DNA of 64,000 nt from a bacterium (GTDB lineage Bacteria; 4484-113), in contig JAGGTK010000099.1 in assembly GCA_021163765.1 (NCBI GenBank), positions 16,089 through 80,088 of the forward strand. Reading direction: 5' to 3'. The notes under the pieces are model-generated. The model was given only the letters and a program-made list of their open reading frames with translations, made no database searches and was not told the DNA's origin. Numbering within the stretch: position 1 is the first letter of the stretch; each line of letters opens with the position of its first letter. The position numbers and the translations under genes were made by a program. Below, piece by piece: positions 1 to 9,365 of this stretch.

Positions 1-191
1 CACGATGCGTGCCAGATGGGAAGCTCGTTGCCATCCCAAACGGGAACACGGTCGGGCAAAGCGTAAGTGCTTAGCTTGCTGGAACGCCGTAGTTGGACTA
101 ATAAGAGGATGAAAGCAATGATAGTGACGAGCGCAGCGACAAACTTCAAAACGTGCTCGATGTCATCCCAGTTAACCGCGGCTAAACTCAT
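1..191 (-). CDS. hypothetical membrane protein, 5' part only (continues past window start)
   Basis: Minus-strand ATG at 191..189, preceded by GAGGAGA. It overlaps the stop of the upstream gene as ATGA. My own translation is MSLAAVNWDDIEHVLKFVAALVTIIAFILLLVQL..., with a hydrophobic helix. It is absent from the ORF track because it runs off the window. Confidence 0.35.
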   Translation of the reverse strand, partial: MSLAAVNWDDIEHVLKFVAALVTIIAFILLLVQLRRSSKLSTYALPDRVPVWDGNELPIWHAS

Positions 192-769
192 TGGCTGTTC
201 TCCTCTTTCGACTGCCAGATCTGCGATCGGCAGGATATCTCACGCGCCCATTCCTCGCTGACGTCCCGCCTGCGGGATACCTGTATGCCCGAGATCATGG
301 GCAACTCCTCGCGCCCCCAGGTTATGTGCAGCATATAGCCCGGAATGCGTTTGCCACCGAAGAAGCCGATACGCACATCAACTTTGTGGATGAGGGCGAA
401 AGGGATAACCAGCGGCTTGCGGGTGAAATAGCGGTGCAGCATCACCGCCTCTTCGGATAGCCAGACCTTGCCGCTCCCTTTTATGTGGTGTCCTTTCCCC
501 ATCACCGGCACGGGAAGCACACCGAACATTTTCTGCGCGGCGAAAATCGTACCGGCGTAATACGCACCCCGCTTGCCGAATGCAGGGTCATCAGGCGGCT
601 GCTCACCCGGCAGGAAGTCAGGCAGGGAGTATTTGCTCAGTTGCGTCCCGCGCCTGACAGTCAGCAGGAGCCCGACCATTACCGGAAGCAGCACAATCCC
701 GACAATAATGGGCAGGACAATATCTACCGTGCTCTGGGCGATAAAGGCAGGATAGATTTCAACATTCAT
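188..769 (-). CDS. hypothetical membrane-anchored protein
   Basis: 193 aa ORF with an N-terminal TM helix (IVLPIIVGIVLLPVMVGLLL) followed by a soluble domain. Translationally coupled to both neighbours. No family recognised. Confidence 0.5.
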   Translation of the reverse strand: MNVEIYPAFIAQSTVDIVLPIIVGIVLLPVMVGLLLTVRRGTQLSKYSLPDFLPGEQPPDDPAFGKRGAYYAGTIFAAQKMFGVLPVPVMGKGHHIKGSGKVWLSEEAVMLHRYFTRKPLVIPFALIHKVDVRIGFFGGKRIPGYMLHITWGREELPMISGIQVSRRRDVSEEWAREISCRSQIWQSKEENSQ

Positions 770-993
770 GCCATAGTCTCCTGATCAGCGGCAACGCCTT
801 GCCCCCGGGAATCATGCTCGGCCAGCAGCCGGACGAAGCGCTCAGCGACGTTATACTCAAGCCTGAACACGACCAAGCGCCTTTTGCCGATTTCGTAGTG
901 AACAACGAGCGATAGCGCGATTAGGACAAGCAATGGAATAGGTGCCCCGGCATACGAGAAGGCAGCCAGATTCAGCTCCATTGTGCTATTCAT
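766..993 (-). CDS. small hypothetical membrane protein
   Basis: 75 aa with one hydrophobic helix (APIPLLVLIALSLVV). Its stop overlaps the start of the 188..769 gene. Confidence 0.4.
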   Translation of the reverse strand: MNSTMELNLAAFSYAGAPIPLLVLIALSLVVHYEIGKRRLVVFRLEYNVAERFVRLLAEHDSRGQGVAADQETMA

Positions 994-1098
994 CTATTAC
1001 ATTATATCATTGGGCGGACCTGCCGTCAATCAACTGAGACGACCTTTATTCAGCACACGCTGAGTGCCAGCAGGGGATGGCGGGATATAATAGTCCAG

Positions 1099-1872
1099 AT
1101 GCGTGGCTTCTTTGCATTCGCTGAATCCGTTGAGCACATCCTCATGCGCCAGTTCGGCAACCGGTTGCTGTGGGTAATCGCTGGCACGGGCTTGTTCATT
1201 GTCGTATACCTCAACGAGATCCAGCGGGCGACGATGCGCTGGCCCACGGAACACCTGCTTGCGCTCCTGAACTTCGTGATTGAAGGGGTACTGCTAGCAT
1301 CGTTCGCTGTAGCGCTAATCTGGGAGAGCTATGCGCGGTCTCGCCATCCTCAGCCGGGCGGGGCGCACTTGCCCGGTGCGAAGGGCTACGCCATCAAGTT
1401 CCACCTGGCGATTGTGCTGTTGCTGCTGGTGGTGGCCGGGCTGCATCTGGCGCTGCTTAGCTACTTCCAGTACATCCATATCCTCACGGTCCTCCAGCGG
1501 GGATTCCTCATCTGGCTCACGGTCATTCTCGCGCCGACTGCTTATCTACTCGTCAACCCCAGGGCTCGCGGCGGATTTGCAGGCTTGGCAGCGTTTTTCG
1601 TCGCGCTGCTGGCGCTGGTCGCTGCCGAATGGGTGGTGGTGACGCTTTCGCTGGTCAGCCCGGCATGGGAGCGCCTGGGCGACGTTTATTACTGGAACCA
1701 GCTCTTTCCCCGGGTGGCGCAGGAACGCATCTGGCTCACCATCTATCAGCCGTATCTGGGGTGGTACTTCCTGGGATACCTCGGGGCGAACCTCGTTTTT
1801 TACCTTGCGCTGGTGCTCCGAATTAGCGCGCTAGCACGCGAGGACACGAAACACGAAGGTGGCGCGAGATGA
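1099..1872 (+). CDS. polytopic membrane protein, unknown function (start uncertain)
   Basis: 257 aa with several hydrophobic segments. The stop overlaps the acpS start (ATGA), implying co-transcription. Confidence 0.55.
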   Translation: MRGFFAFAESVEHILMRQFGNRLLWVIAGTGLFIVVYLNEIQRATMRWPTEHLLALLNFVIEGVLLASFAVALIWESYARSRHPQPGGAHLPGAKGYAIKFHLAIVLLLLVVAGLHLALLSYFQYIHILTVLQRGFLIWLTVILAPTAYLLVNPRARGGFAGLAAFFVALLALVAAEWVVVTLSLVSPAWERLGDVYYWNQLFPRVAQERIWLTIYQPYLGWYFLGYLGANLVFYLALVLRISALAREDTKHEGGAR

Positions 1873-2258
1873 TACTCGGTATCGGCGTGGATCTGGTGAA
1901 GGTCGAGCGGGTGCAGCAGAAAGCCGGCGAGAATCTGGATTCGCCGCTTGCGCGCGGCGCGTTCACCGAAAGCGAGCTGGCGTACGCGCGCAGCCGCGGC
2001 GTGGCTGCATTTCAGAGCCTCGCGGGTTTCTTTGCAGCGAAAGAGGCATTTTTCAAGGCCACGCAGACCTGGCCCGGCTTCCATGAGATCTGGGTGGAGC
2101 ATGAAGAAAGCGGGAAGCCTTACTTTGGCCTGAGCGAAAAAGCGAAAGCAAAGATGCTCGAGTTGGGGCTAGCCCCTGAGACCTGCAACATCCAGCTAAC
2201 CATCAGCCATGAGAAGGAATATGCTGTCGCGGTGGTGGTGGTTTGCGCATCGAGCTAG
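1869..2258 (+). CDS. acpS: holo-[acyl-carrier-protein] synthase (4'-phosphopantetheinyl transferase)
   Basis: 129 aa. The N-terminal GIGVDLVKVERV motif and the FAAKEAFFKA segment are typical of AcpS. Confidence 0.85.
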   Translation: MILGIGVDLVKVERVQQKAGENLDSPLARGAFTESELAYARSRGVAAFQSLAGFFAAKEAFFKATQTWPGFHEIWVEHEESGKPYFGLSEKAKAKMLELGLAPETCNIQLTISHEKEYAVAVVVVCASS

Positions 2259-2305
2259 AACATCCTATTGTGTTAGAATTGCCGTGCGTTTCTAAAGGGG
2301 CGACA

Positions 2306-3397
2306 ATGGACGACCAGGGCATAATGATCGAAGACAGGATAAAGAAGCTGTTCGACACCTGTCGCTCAGGGGGCTTTCAATCGTTCGCAAGCGAAGAGGC
2401 AGTGAAGCAGGGACTCATTCTACCTGTTTTGCAGATATTGGGGTGGAACGTATTCGACATTAATGAGGTCAGGCCCGAGTACTCCTCAGGCAGAGGACGC
2501 GTTGACTACGCGTTGCTGCTAGGTTCGCAGCCAGCAGTTTTCCTTGAAGCTAAGAACGCGCTTGCTACGCTTTCGGGGGAGCACCAAGAACAGCTACTGA
2601 ACTATGCTTTTCACGAAGGTGTCAAGCTCGCCGTACTCACAAACGGCGCAACCTGGGAGTTTTATTTACCGCTATTTAGCGGGAACTGGCAGCAACGAAA
2701 GGTCTACACGATTGATATCGAACAGCAGGATATAGGCGAAACCGCGTCTATCATTAATAACCTGCTCAACAAGTCCGCAGTCTCTTCTCAGGAGAATCAG
2801 GAGTATGCTAAAAAGCTGCACCAGAGTCGTCAGCGCAAAGCACGGATCTCGGACGCACTGCCTCAAGCGTGGCGTAGTTTGGTGGAGAAGCCGTCTGACG
2901 CGCTCATCAGCCTTTTAGCTGATGAGACCGAAGCTATCTGTGGATATAAGCCTGATGATGGCGCTGTGCGGGAATATCTTACAACAGCTTCTCTTCTTAG
3001 TGGCACGTCTGATGTCTCAGCCACACGTGCAATCGCTCGCGAACGAGGGAGGAGACCAGGCGTGCCAACCGGTCCCAGTGGCACGCGAGCTAGGTCCGTA
3101 ACGCTTCTGGGCAAGCGCAAGGAAGTAAACTCATGGGTTGGCGCTATAGGGTTTATCTGCCAAGTCATGAAAGACCGGCACGGGCAACGTTTTGAGGAAA
3201 CAATCCTGTCCATCAGAGCACCGAGGACGCCATTGTTCTCAAAGAACCCCTCAGACCTGCGTGCGCCGTCTGAGATAGCTGGCACCGGTTTTTACGTCGA
3301 GAACCAGCAGACGGCGCCTAAGAAACGAGAACTCTGTTATCGCATAGTCGAGGTTTTCGGCCACAGGCAATCCGAGCTCCAGATAGACTATCATTAA
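2306..3397 (+). CDS. HsdR_N-type (PD-(D/E)xK fold) restriction-endonuclease-like protein with unknown C-terminal half
   Basis: SEEAVKQGLILPVLQILGW...GRVDYALLLGSQPAVFLEAK...QLLNYA matches the N-terminal domain of type I restriction R subunits (D...ExK). I chose the ATG at 2306 (AAGGGG upstream) over the track's TTG at 2243, which overlaps acpS. The gene is visibly AT-richer than its neighbours. Confidence 0.6.
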   Translation: MDDQGIMIEDRIKKLFDTCRSGGFQSFASEEAVKQGLILPVLQILGWNVFDINEVRPEYSSGRGRVDYALLLGSQPAVFLEAKNALATLSGEHQEQLLNYAFHEGVKLAVLTNGATWEFYLPLFSGNWQQRKVYTIDIEQQDIGETASIINNLLNKSAVSSQENQEYAKKLHQSRQRKARISDALPQAWRSLVEKPSDALISLLADETEAICGYKPDDGAVREYLTTASLLSGTSDVSATRAIARERGRRPGVPTGPSGTRARSVTLLGKRKEVNSWVGAIGFICQVMKDRHGQRFEETILSIRAPRTPLFSKNPSDLRAPSEIAGTGFYVENQQTAPKKRELCYRIVEVFGHRQSELQIDYH

Positions 3398-3424
3398 CCC
3401 CGAGCACCTTCGCTGCGATGGCTT

Positions 3425-3979
3425 CTACACCTTCGCCCCTGTGATCCCATTCTGCGCCTGGTACTTACCTTTCTTATCGGCATAGGATGTGTCAGGCGGG
3501 GTGTCGGATTCGAAGAAGATGACCTGGCCGATGCCTTCGCCCCCGTAGATGCGAACCGGCACCGGCGCGGCGTTCACCACCGCCATCGTAATGAAGCCTT
3601 CCCACTCCGGCTCCAGCGGCGTGACGTTCAGGATGATGCCGCAGCGCGCATAAGTGCTCTTGCCGGTGACCAGAGCGAGAACATTACGCGGGATGCGGAA
3701 GTACTCCAGGCTGCGCGCGAGGACGTAGGAGTTCGCCGGGATTTCGCAGGTCGCGCCCTTCAGTTCGGCGAACGCGCCGTTATTGAAGTTCTTGGGATCA
3801 ATCACCGTGCCCAGTTTGAAACCAGAAGGGACGCGGAACTCATCGGCCACGCGCAAGTCGTATCCGTAGGCGGAAAGACCGTAGGAGACCTTGCCGTCCC
3901 GCACCTGCTCCGGCACGAACGGCTCTATCATACCGTGCTTTTGCGCCATCGCGCGTATCCAGCTATCGGGCTTGATCAT
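3425..3979 (-). CDS. dcd: dCTP deaminase
   Basis: 184 aa. MIKPDSWIR...IEPF...[16 protein letters not shown]...[10 protein letters not shown] is collinear with Dcd. Confidence 0.9.
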   Translation of the reverse strand: MIKPDSWIRAMAQKHGMIEPFVPEQVRDGKVSYGLSAYGYDLRVADEFRVPSGFKLGTVIDPKNFNNGAFAELKGATCEIPANSYVLARSLEYFRIPRNVLALVTGKSTYARCGIILNVTPLEPEWEGFITMAVVNAAPVPVRIYGGEGIGQVIFFESDTPPDTSYADKKGKYQAQNGITGAKV

Positions 3980-4235
3980 GATATCCAGGCACTAATACGC
4001 CGCTGTGGGCGCCGCTATTCTACGGCAAGCGCCCGTCAAGGGGAATGCTGTAGAGCCGGTTCAGGTTGTGGTCACTTCTGCTGCTTCCCGCGCATTAAAA
4101 CCAGCACGACAATGACGATAACCAATACGACGATAATTGCAATTTGCCAGATCTGCATCTGCGCCCCCCAAAATGAGTTCAGTGACCATAATTCTAGCAG
4201 AACGGCGGCGTTTTGTATTATCACGCGGCCTGATG

Positions 4236-5267
4236 TCACTCCTCATGCTCGCCCTCGCCCTCCCCGCTGCTTAGCTGCTCGTACTGCTCCAGCTTGAAAG
4301 CGAAGTCCTGGAAATGCTTACCGGCCTCGTCATATTTATTGGCGGCGTTGCGGATGTGGCGACCCAGCACATCGTAATCCTCCTGCGCAGCCTTAAGGTC
4401 CTGCGTCAGCGCGCCCAGTTGCTCGCGGATGACCTTGGCGTGCTCAGAAACTTTCAGGCCCCGCAAGCCATATGCCAGCGCCACCAGATAAGCGTAGAAC
4501 GTGAAGGGGCTGACCGGAATAACTTTGTGGGTGTAAGTGTAGTTCAGAAGGCTTTCGCCGCCAACCTCGGCGTTGACCGCTTCGTAGTAAACATTCTCCG
4601 CCGGGATATACATCAGCGCGAAGTCAACCGTGCCAAGTTCCGGCTTGATATACTTCGTTCGTATCTCATCCACTCGCGCCTTGACGTCCTTCATGAAATC
4701 TCGCCGCGCCCGGTTCCTGCCTTCCTCTGTTTCCTCACCGAGGATGCGCTCAAATGAAGGCAGCGGGAATTTGCTGTCTATGGGTACCAGACCGTCTGGC
4801 AACTTCACGATGGCGTCCACCCGGTCAGCGCCCAGGGAGTACTGGGTCTCATAGTGCTCCGGCGGCAGGACGTTGCCAAGCATCTGTTCCAGCATCACTT
4901 CGCCCAGGCCGCCTCGGGCTTTCGGAGCCTTCAGTAATTCCTTGAAGCTGACTACGTCCTTGGCGAGGTCCTCCACCCTCCTCTCCGCTTCAACCACTCG
5001 CGTCAACCCCTCAGCAACCTTGCCCAGCCTGCCTGATACGGAGTTCTCGCCGGTATGAAGGCTGGATTCCACGGAGCCTATCAGAGACTTGACGTTGCTG
5101 CTCAGCTCCTGAGCCGCCCCTTTTACCTGTCCCACCTCGCCCTTCAGGTCGCTGATGTCAATCGGGGGAGCCGGTGCGCTGCGCCGTGTCAGCAACACAG
5201 CGAGCACTGCAATCACTGCAACCAGTGTTAGAACAAGGAGAATTACGGATACAATTGCCATATTCAT
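4236..5267 (-). CDS. rmuC: DNA recombination protein RmuC family
   Basis: N-terminal TM helix, a coiled coil, then VDAIVKLPDGLVPIDSKFPL...MYIPAENVYYE, typical of RmuC. Start set at the internal Met (MNMAIVSV...). The track's longer ORF would overlap ispG. Confidence 0.8.
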   Translation of the reverse strand: MNMAIVSVILLVLTLVAVIAVLAVLLTRRSAPAPPIDISDLKGEVGQVKGAAQELSSNVKSLIGSVESSLHTGENSVSGRLGKVAEGLTRVVEAERRVEDLAKDVVSFKELLKAPKARGGLGEVMLEQMLGNVLPPEHYETQYSLGADRVDAIVKLPDGLVPIDSKFPLPSFERILGEETEEGRNRARRDFMKDVKARVDEIRTKYIKPELGTVDFALMYIPAENVYYEAVNAEVGGESLLNYTYTHKVIPVSPFTFYAYLVALAYGLRGLKVSEHAKVIREQLGALTQDLKAAQEDYDVLGRHIRNAANKYDEAGKHFQDFAFKLEQYEQLSSGEGEGEHEE

Positions 5268-5320
5268 AGCGTTTCCCCCGAAACCGGCGACGGCCTGCGC
5301 TAGGCTATAATACCAAAGCG

Positions 5321-6442
5321 ATGCCTTCCGCCGCAGAAGAGACGGTTTTCGCCCGCAGGAAACCCATCCCGCGCATGCCAAGCGCGTATCCACGCAGGCG
5401 CGAAGTCGCGATTGGCCCGGTCGTAATCGGCGGCGACAATCCCGTGACCATCCAGTCCATGACCAACACTCAGACGACTGATGTTAGCGCTACTGTCGCC
5501 CAGATCGGCCGCATGGCAGCACTCGGTTGCGACCTTGCGCGCGTGTCGGTGCCGGACGAGCAAAGCGCCGAAGCGCTCCGCGCAATCAAGCAGGAAATAA
5601 GCATTCCGCTCATCGCCGATATCCATTTCAACCCTGAGCTTGCATTGGCGGCTATTGATGCAGGCGTGGATAAAGTGCGCCTGAACCCTGGGAATATCAG
5701 CACCCGCGAACGCATAGCTCCGGTGGCAAAGGAGCTTGCGCGGAAGCGAATTCCGGTCCGCGTCGGCGTCAACGCGGCCAGCATAAGCCACGACCTGAGA
5801 CAGCTCCACCGCGAGGATCCAGTAAAGGCGATAGTGGAAAGCGCGCACCGCTATGTGGAAATCCTGCGGGGATTCGGCGTCCACGACGTTGTCGTAGCGT
5901 TGAAGAGCAGCGATGTGCTCAATACAATAAAGTGCTATCGCCGGTTCGCCACTGAAAGCGACCTGCCGCTGCACATAGGCATTACAGAGGCGGGACCCGG
6001 CCTTACGGGAGCAGCACGCAGCGCTGTGGGCATAGGAATACTGCTCGCGGAGGGCCTGGGAGACACCGTGCGAGCCAGCCTGCCAGGCGACGTTGAGGAT
6101 GAAATCATCGTATGCCGGGAGATACTCGCCAGCCTGGGCTTGCGGGAAGCGCCGCGACTCGTCGCATGCCCGACATGCGCCCGGGCGGAGTTTGACGTCG
6201 CGGCGATGGCTGATGAAATCCGACCGCGCGTGATGGCACTAAGCAAACCCGTTAGTGTGGCGATTATGGGGTGCGTGGTGAACGGCCCAGGCGAGGCGGA
6301 GCACGCCGACCTGGGGATAATCAGCGTTAGCGGCAAGTTTATGGTTTACCGCAGCGGCAGGGTTATTACCAAGGGGCTCGGCCAGGCAGCCGCCCTGAGC
6401 GCTCTCCTCTCGGAGCTTGAAGCCCTGGAGGCGGAGCCGTGA
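5321..6442 (+). CDS. ispG: 4-hydroxy-3-methylbut-2-en-1-yl diphosphate synthase (flavodoxin)
   Basis: VTIQSMTNTQTTDV, VRVGVNAAS and CPTCAR...GCVVNGPGEA motifs are collinear with bacterial IspG/GcpE. An alternative start at 5375 is possible. Confidence 0.9.
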   Translation: MPSAAEETVFARRKPIPRMPSAYPRRREVAIGPVVIGGDNPVTIQSMTNTQTTDVSATVAQIGRMAALGCDLARVSVPDEQSAEALRAIKQEISIPLIADIHFNPELALAAIDAGVDKVRLNPGNISTRERIAPVAKELARKRIPVRVGVNAASISHDLRQLHREDPVKAIVESAHRYVEILRGFGVHDVVVALKSSDVLNTIKCYRRFATESDLPLHIGITEAGPGLTGAARSAVGIGILLAEGLGDTVRASLPGDVEDEIIVCREILASLGLREAPRLVACPTCARAEFDVAAMADEIRPRVMALSKPVSVAIMGCVVNGPGEAEHADLGIISVSGKFMVYRSGRVITKGLGQAAALSALLSELEALEAEP

Positions 6443-7158
6443 GCTGGACGCCTAGAGTGTCGCTCATTATCCCCGCATACAACGAGGCCGGAACCGTCGG
6501 CGACGTGGTACGTGCCGCCGTGGAAGCGCGCATATTCAGCGAGATCATCCTGGTTGACGACGGCAGCGACGACGGCACAGGGGCAGCCTACGAGCGCGCG
6601 CGGAAATCTCTCCTATCCGGAGCAAAGCCAGGTGTGGTCCTGCCCCAGATGAAGCTGGTAGCACACGCCAGGAATCTGGGCAAGGCACTGGCAATGCGCG
6701 ATGGGTTGCAGCTCGCCACCGGCGAGGTTGTCATGTTTATTGACGCGGACCTCATCGGCCTCGAACCGTCGCACCTGCACAGCATGCTCGCCCCGCTTAC
6801 CGAAGGAAGCGGCTACAAGGCGAGCCTGGGCGTGTTCGTCGGCGGACGGCCTGTCACGACAATGGCGCAGAAGATCGCTCCATTTATCAGCGGGCAGCGC
6901 GCGTGTTTCCGCAAAGACCTCAAGGGTTTCACCGCCTGGGAGCGCGTCGGCTTCGGGGTGGAGACGGCACTGAACCGTTACCTGAACGAACAGGGCATAA
7001 AGGTCCGTGTCGTCGAGCTGACAGGCCTCACGCACAGGATGAAAGAAGAGAAACGAGGTTTCATTAAGGGCTTCCTTGCGCGTATGAGGATGTACCGTGA
7101 GATATTCAGCGCCTGGATGGGAAGCAAGTTCAAGCCGTATCCAGGGGAAAGGGAATGA
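6439..7158 (+). CDS. family 2 glycosyltransferase
   Basis: SLIIPAYNEAGTVGDVV...ILVDDGSDDGT...FIDADL are GT-A/GT2 signatures. The start overlaps the ispG stop. Confidence 0.75.
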   Translation: MSWTPRVSLIIPAYNEAGTVGDVVRAAVEARIFSEIILVDDGSDDGTGAAYERARKSLLSGAKPGVVLPQMKLVAHARNLGKALAMRDGLQLATGEVVMFIDADLIGLEPSHLHSMLAPLTEGSGYKASLGVFVGGRPVTTMAQKIAPFISGQRACFRKDLKGFTAWERVGFGVETALNRYLNEQGIKVRVVELTGLTHRMKEEKRGFIKGFLARMRMYREIFSAWMGSKFKPYPGERE

Positions 7159-8276
7159 AAAACTGCACGCTTTATCTGCTGCCGCTTCTTGTTGTATTCG
7201 CACTTAGCAGCGCCGTCCTGGCTGGAGAAACCTTCACCATCATCATTGAGAACCAGCGCGACGGGCGCATACTAGTGCAACGCGGTGCCGATGCCACCGA
7301 GGTGGGGCATGTGCTGGTGCCCTGCAACGCGGTAAACCACAATGGATTCACCGCCAGCGCGTGGGCGGCCGACGGCACCGTATGCGCAACAGCGGTAAAC
7401 GCGATACATATCAAAGTTGGAAACTCGACCGAGACGGGACGCGGCATTGTGTTTTCACTTCAACCGGCTGAGTTTCTGGATTTCGATCCGGCAGATTACG
7501 GAAGCTATTACTCCGAGAGCGCCTCTGTGTTCACCGACATCCCCGCCGGTACCGGCATTTTCGGCGGCCCGTTTGCGCCGCTCGTGGGAAGCCCGCTATC
7601 CGTGCTGGAAGAATCCGCCACAGACGAACTCGCGCAAGCAACGGAAGTGTCTCCCGAATACGTGCCACAGGCGGGCGACACATTGCTCATCGCTGTGTCG
7701 CGTTCGCCAGCGGCAGACTATATCGAGTTCGATAACGGCTTTGGCGGGCTGATTAGCTTGAAGCGCGCTGGCGAGGAACCCGAGGTTATCGGACAGGTGC
7801 TCAAGCCGGTCGCGGGAGTGGGGAGATTCGGCGGCTCCATCTATGCGGGCGTGGGGCGCATCCGCGCCAATCACCCCGGTGTTGTTTGCGTAAGCACTTC
7901 ACCCATTGGCGAGATTGGGGGCTTTCAGATAATCCCAAGCCACCACGCGATGAGCCCTGAGATGACATTTGCGCGAACGCTGACCCAGTGGATGGTTGTT
8001 GGGCCGCTTGACGCCCGCGAGCCAGGCTGGGAAGGCGCTGCGCCGCTTTTCTTCGGAAATCTGTACCCAAGTTACTTGCCACTCGTCAGCGACACGCCGG
8101 AACTAAAGAGCATAAGCGCTCTCAACCGGTTGCTGGGGCGGTTCCACGTTCTGGGCAGGATGCGCGGAAGCGATGAGTGGACTGCGCTGCCAACCGTAAC
8201 CGGGCGGGCTGACGACGCGCTGGTGGACCTTGCGGCCATCCGCATCTACTTCCCGATGCCTGTCGGGGCCAATTAA
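7155..8276 (+). CDS. secreted hypothetical protein
   Basis: 373 aa with a signal-peptide-like N-terminus (LLPLLVVFALSSAVLAGE). Coupled to the GT2 gene (ATGA). No family recognised. Confidence 0.5.
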   Translation: MKNCTLYLLPLLVVFALSSAVLAGETFTIIIENQRDGRILVQRGADATEVGHVLVPCNAVNHNGFTASAWAADGTVCATAVNAIHIKVGNSTETGRGIVFSLQPAEFLDFDPADYGSYYSESASVFTDIPAGTGIFGGPFAPLVGSPLSVLEESATDELAQATEVSPEYVPQAGDTLLIAVSRSPAADYIEFDNGFGGLISLKRAGEEPEVIGQVLKPVAGVGRFGGSIYAGVGRIRANHPGVVCVSTSPIGEIGGFQIIPSHHAMSPEMTFARTLTQWMVVGPLDAREPGWEGAAPLFFGNLYPSYLPLVSDTPELKSISALNRLLGRFHVLGRMRGSDEWTALPTVTGRADDALVDLAAIRIYFPMPVGAN

Positions 8277-8294
8277 CCCAAGAGCCGCTTGCTG

Positions 8295-9260
8295 TTACTC
8301 CAGGCGGCCGATATCACGAAGAAGGAGCCGGCGCGCGATGATTTCGAGCGCGGATGGCTGCTCCAGCCCGCGCAAAGGGCTTGGATAACCGACAGCCTCA
8401 GCACTCAGCATGTCGAAGATATCAAAGACGTTCCGCTTCTTCTCATATGCCACGACTTTCGCGTCTTCGGGGAGTCCGGCAAGCTCCCTGGCCTTTGCCT
8501 TGGCAGCTTCCAGGCCTCCCAGCTCGTCCACGAGCTTTAGCTCAAGCGCATTCTCGCCGGTATAGATCATCCCCGTAGCCAGCTTCCGCACGTCCTCCAC
8601 TTCCATTCCCCTGCCCGTGGCAACAGCGCTTATGAACTGATCGTGAACCTGGTCCAGCATCCTCTGTAGCATCGCGCGCTCGTTTTCCTTCATCTCGCGC
8701 GTTGCGCTGCCGATATCCTTAAACTCGCCCGCTTTCAGTGTTACGCTGCGAATCCCGTATTTCTCCAGCAGGCTTGAGTATTCTAGGCTGTCCCATATCA
8801 CCCCGATGCTGCCGGTCAGCGTGCTCGGGTTGGCGAAAACGTATCCGGCAGGGGACGAGATGTAATAGCCCCCGCTGGCGCACACGTCGCCCATACTGAC
8901 TACCACCGGCTTCTCGGCATTCACCTTTGCGACTTCCTCAAATATCTCGTGACTGGCGGCGGCGCTGCCGCCCGGGGAGTTGACGCGCAGAACGACGGCG
9001 CGAATGTCGTCGTCCTCGCGCGCTTTCTCGAGCATTTCAATCAGCTCTACGGAAGATACGTACGAACCGCCAAACAACGACCTACCAGACTCCGCATCTC
9101 CCGTTATCGCACCCTCGGCATACACAAGCGCAACACGGTCGCCGTGCCCGCCAAAGCCGTCCTTGCCGGTCATACCCACCATGAATTGCCTGCTCAGCAA
9201 TACTAGCGCGGCCACGAACAATAGGAAAATTACGAGACCTGTTGTGAATTTTCTGCTCAT
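8295..9260 (-). CDS. sppA: signal peptide peptidase SppA (36K type)
   Basis: N-terminal TM helix, then RVNSPGGSAAAS, CASGGYYISSPA and GSIGV, as in S49 peptidases. Confidence 0.85.
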   Translation of the reverse strand: MSRKFTTGLVIFLLFVAALVLLSRQFMVGMTGKDGFGGHGDRVALVYAEGAITGDAESGRSLFGGSYVSSVELIEMLEKAREDDDIRAVVLRVNSPGGSAAASHEIFEEVAKVNAEKPVVVSMGDVCASGGYYISSPAGYVFANPSTLTGSIGVIWDSLEYSSLLEKYGIRSVTLKAGEFKDIGSATREMKENERAMLQRMLDQVHDQFISAVATGRGMEVEDVRKLATGMIYTGENALELKLVDELGGLEAAKAKARELAGLPEDAKVVAYEKKRNVFDIFDMLSAEAVGYPSPLRGLEQPSALEIIARRLLLRDIGRLE

Positions 9261-9316
9261 ATTCCTCTCCGAAACACAGTCATTTTACCTTAGTTCCGCT
9301 CGCAGCACACAGGATA

Positions 9317-9345
9317 TTACCATCATCGCCCAACTCAGCTATAAT
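9317..9345 (+). promoter_or_regulatory. candidate sigma70-type promoter of the 9.4-17.1 kb operon
   Basis: TTACCA (9317-9322), a 17-nt spacer, then TATAAT (9340-9345), about 20 nt upstream of the GTG start at 9366. Confidence 0.3.
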
Positions 9346-9365
9346 CACGCGGCGGGGGCTGTAAC

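Noticed and set aside
2243-2305. The track's TTG start for the HsdR_N-like ORF, overlapping the end of acpS.
   Set aside because: The extension (MRIELEHPIVLELPCVSKGAT) adds no domain and overlaps acpS by 16 nt. The ATG at 2306 has an AAGGGG Shine-Dalgarno at the right distance.
5300-5974. Long antisense shadow ORFs. Examples: 5300..5974(-), 6613..7203(-), 9993..10724(-), 12609..13214(-), 15169..15789(-), 15657..16247(-), 20213..20800(+), 22910..23542(-), 34433..35146(-), 40513..41289(-), 42085..42648(-), 42655..43239(-), 54890..55657(-), 56206..56772(-), 62733..63344(-).
   Set aside because: Each lies wholly opposite a motif-supported or operon-embedded gene. Each has Arg/Ala/Pro/Leu-biased composition typical of non-coding frames in GC-rich DNA, and lacks a Shine-Dalgarno or any family motif.
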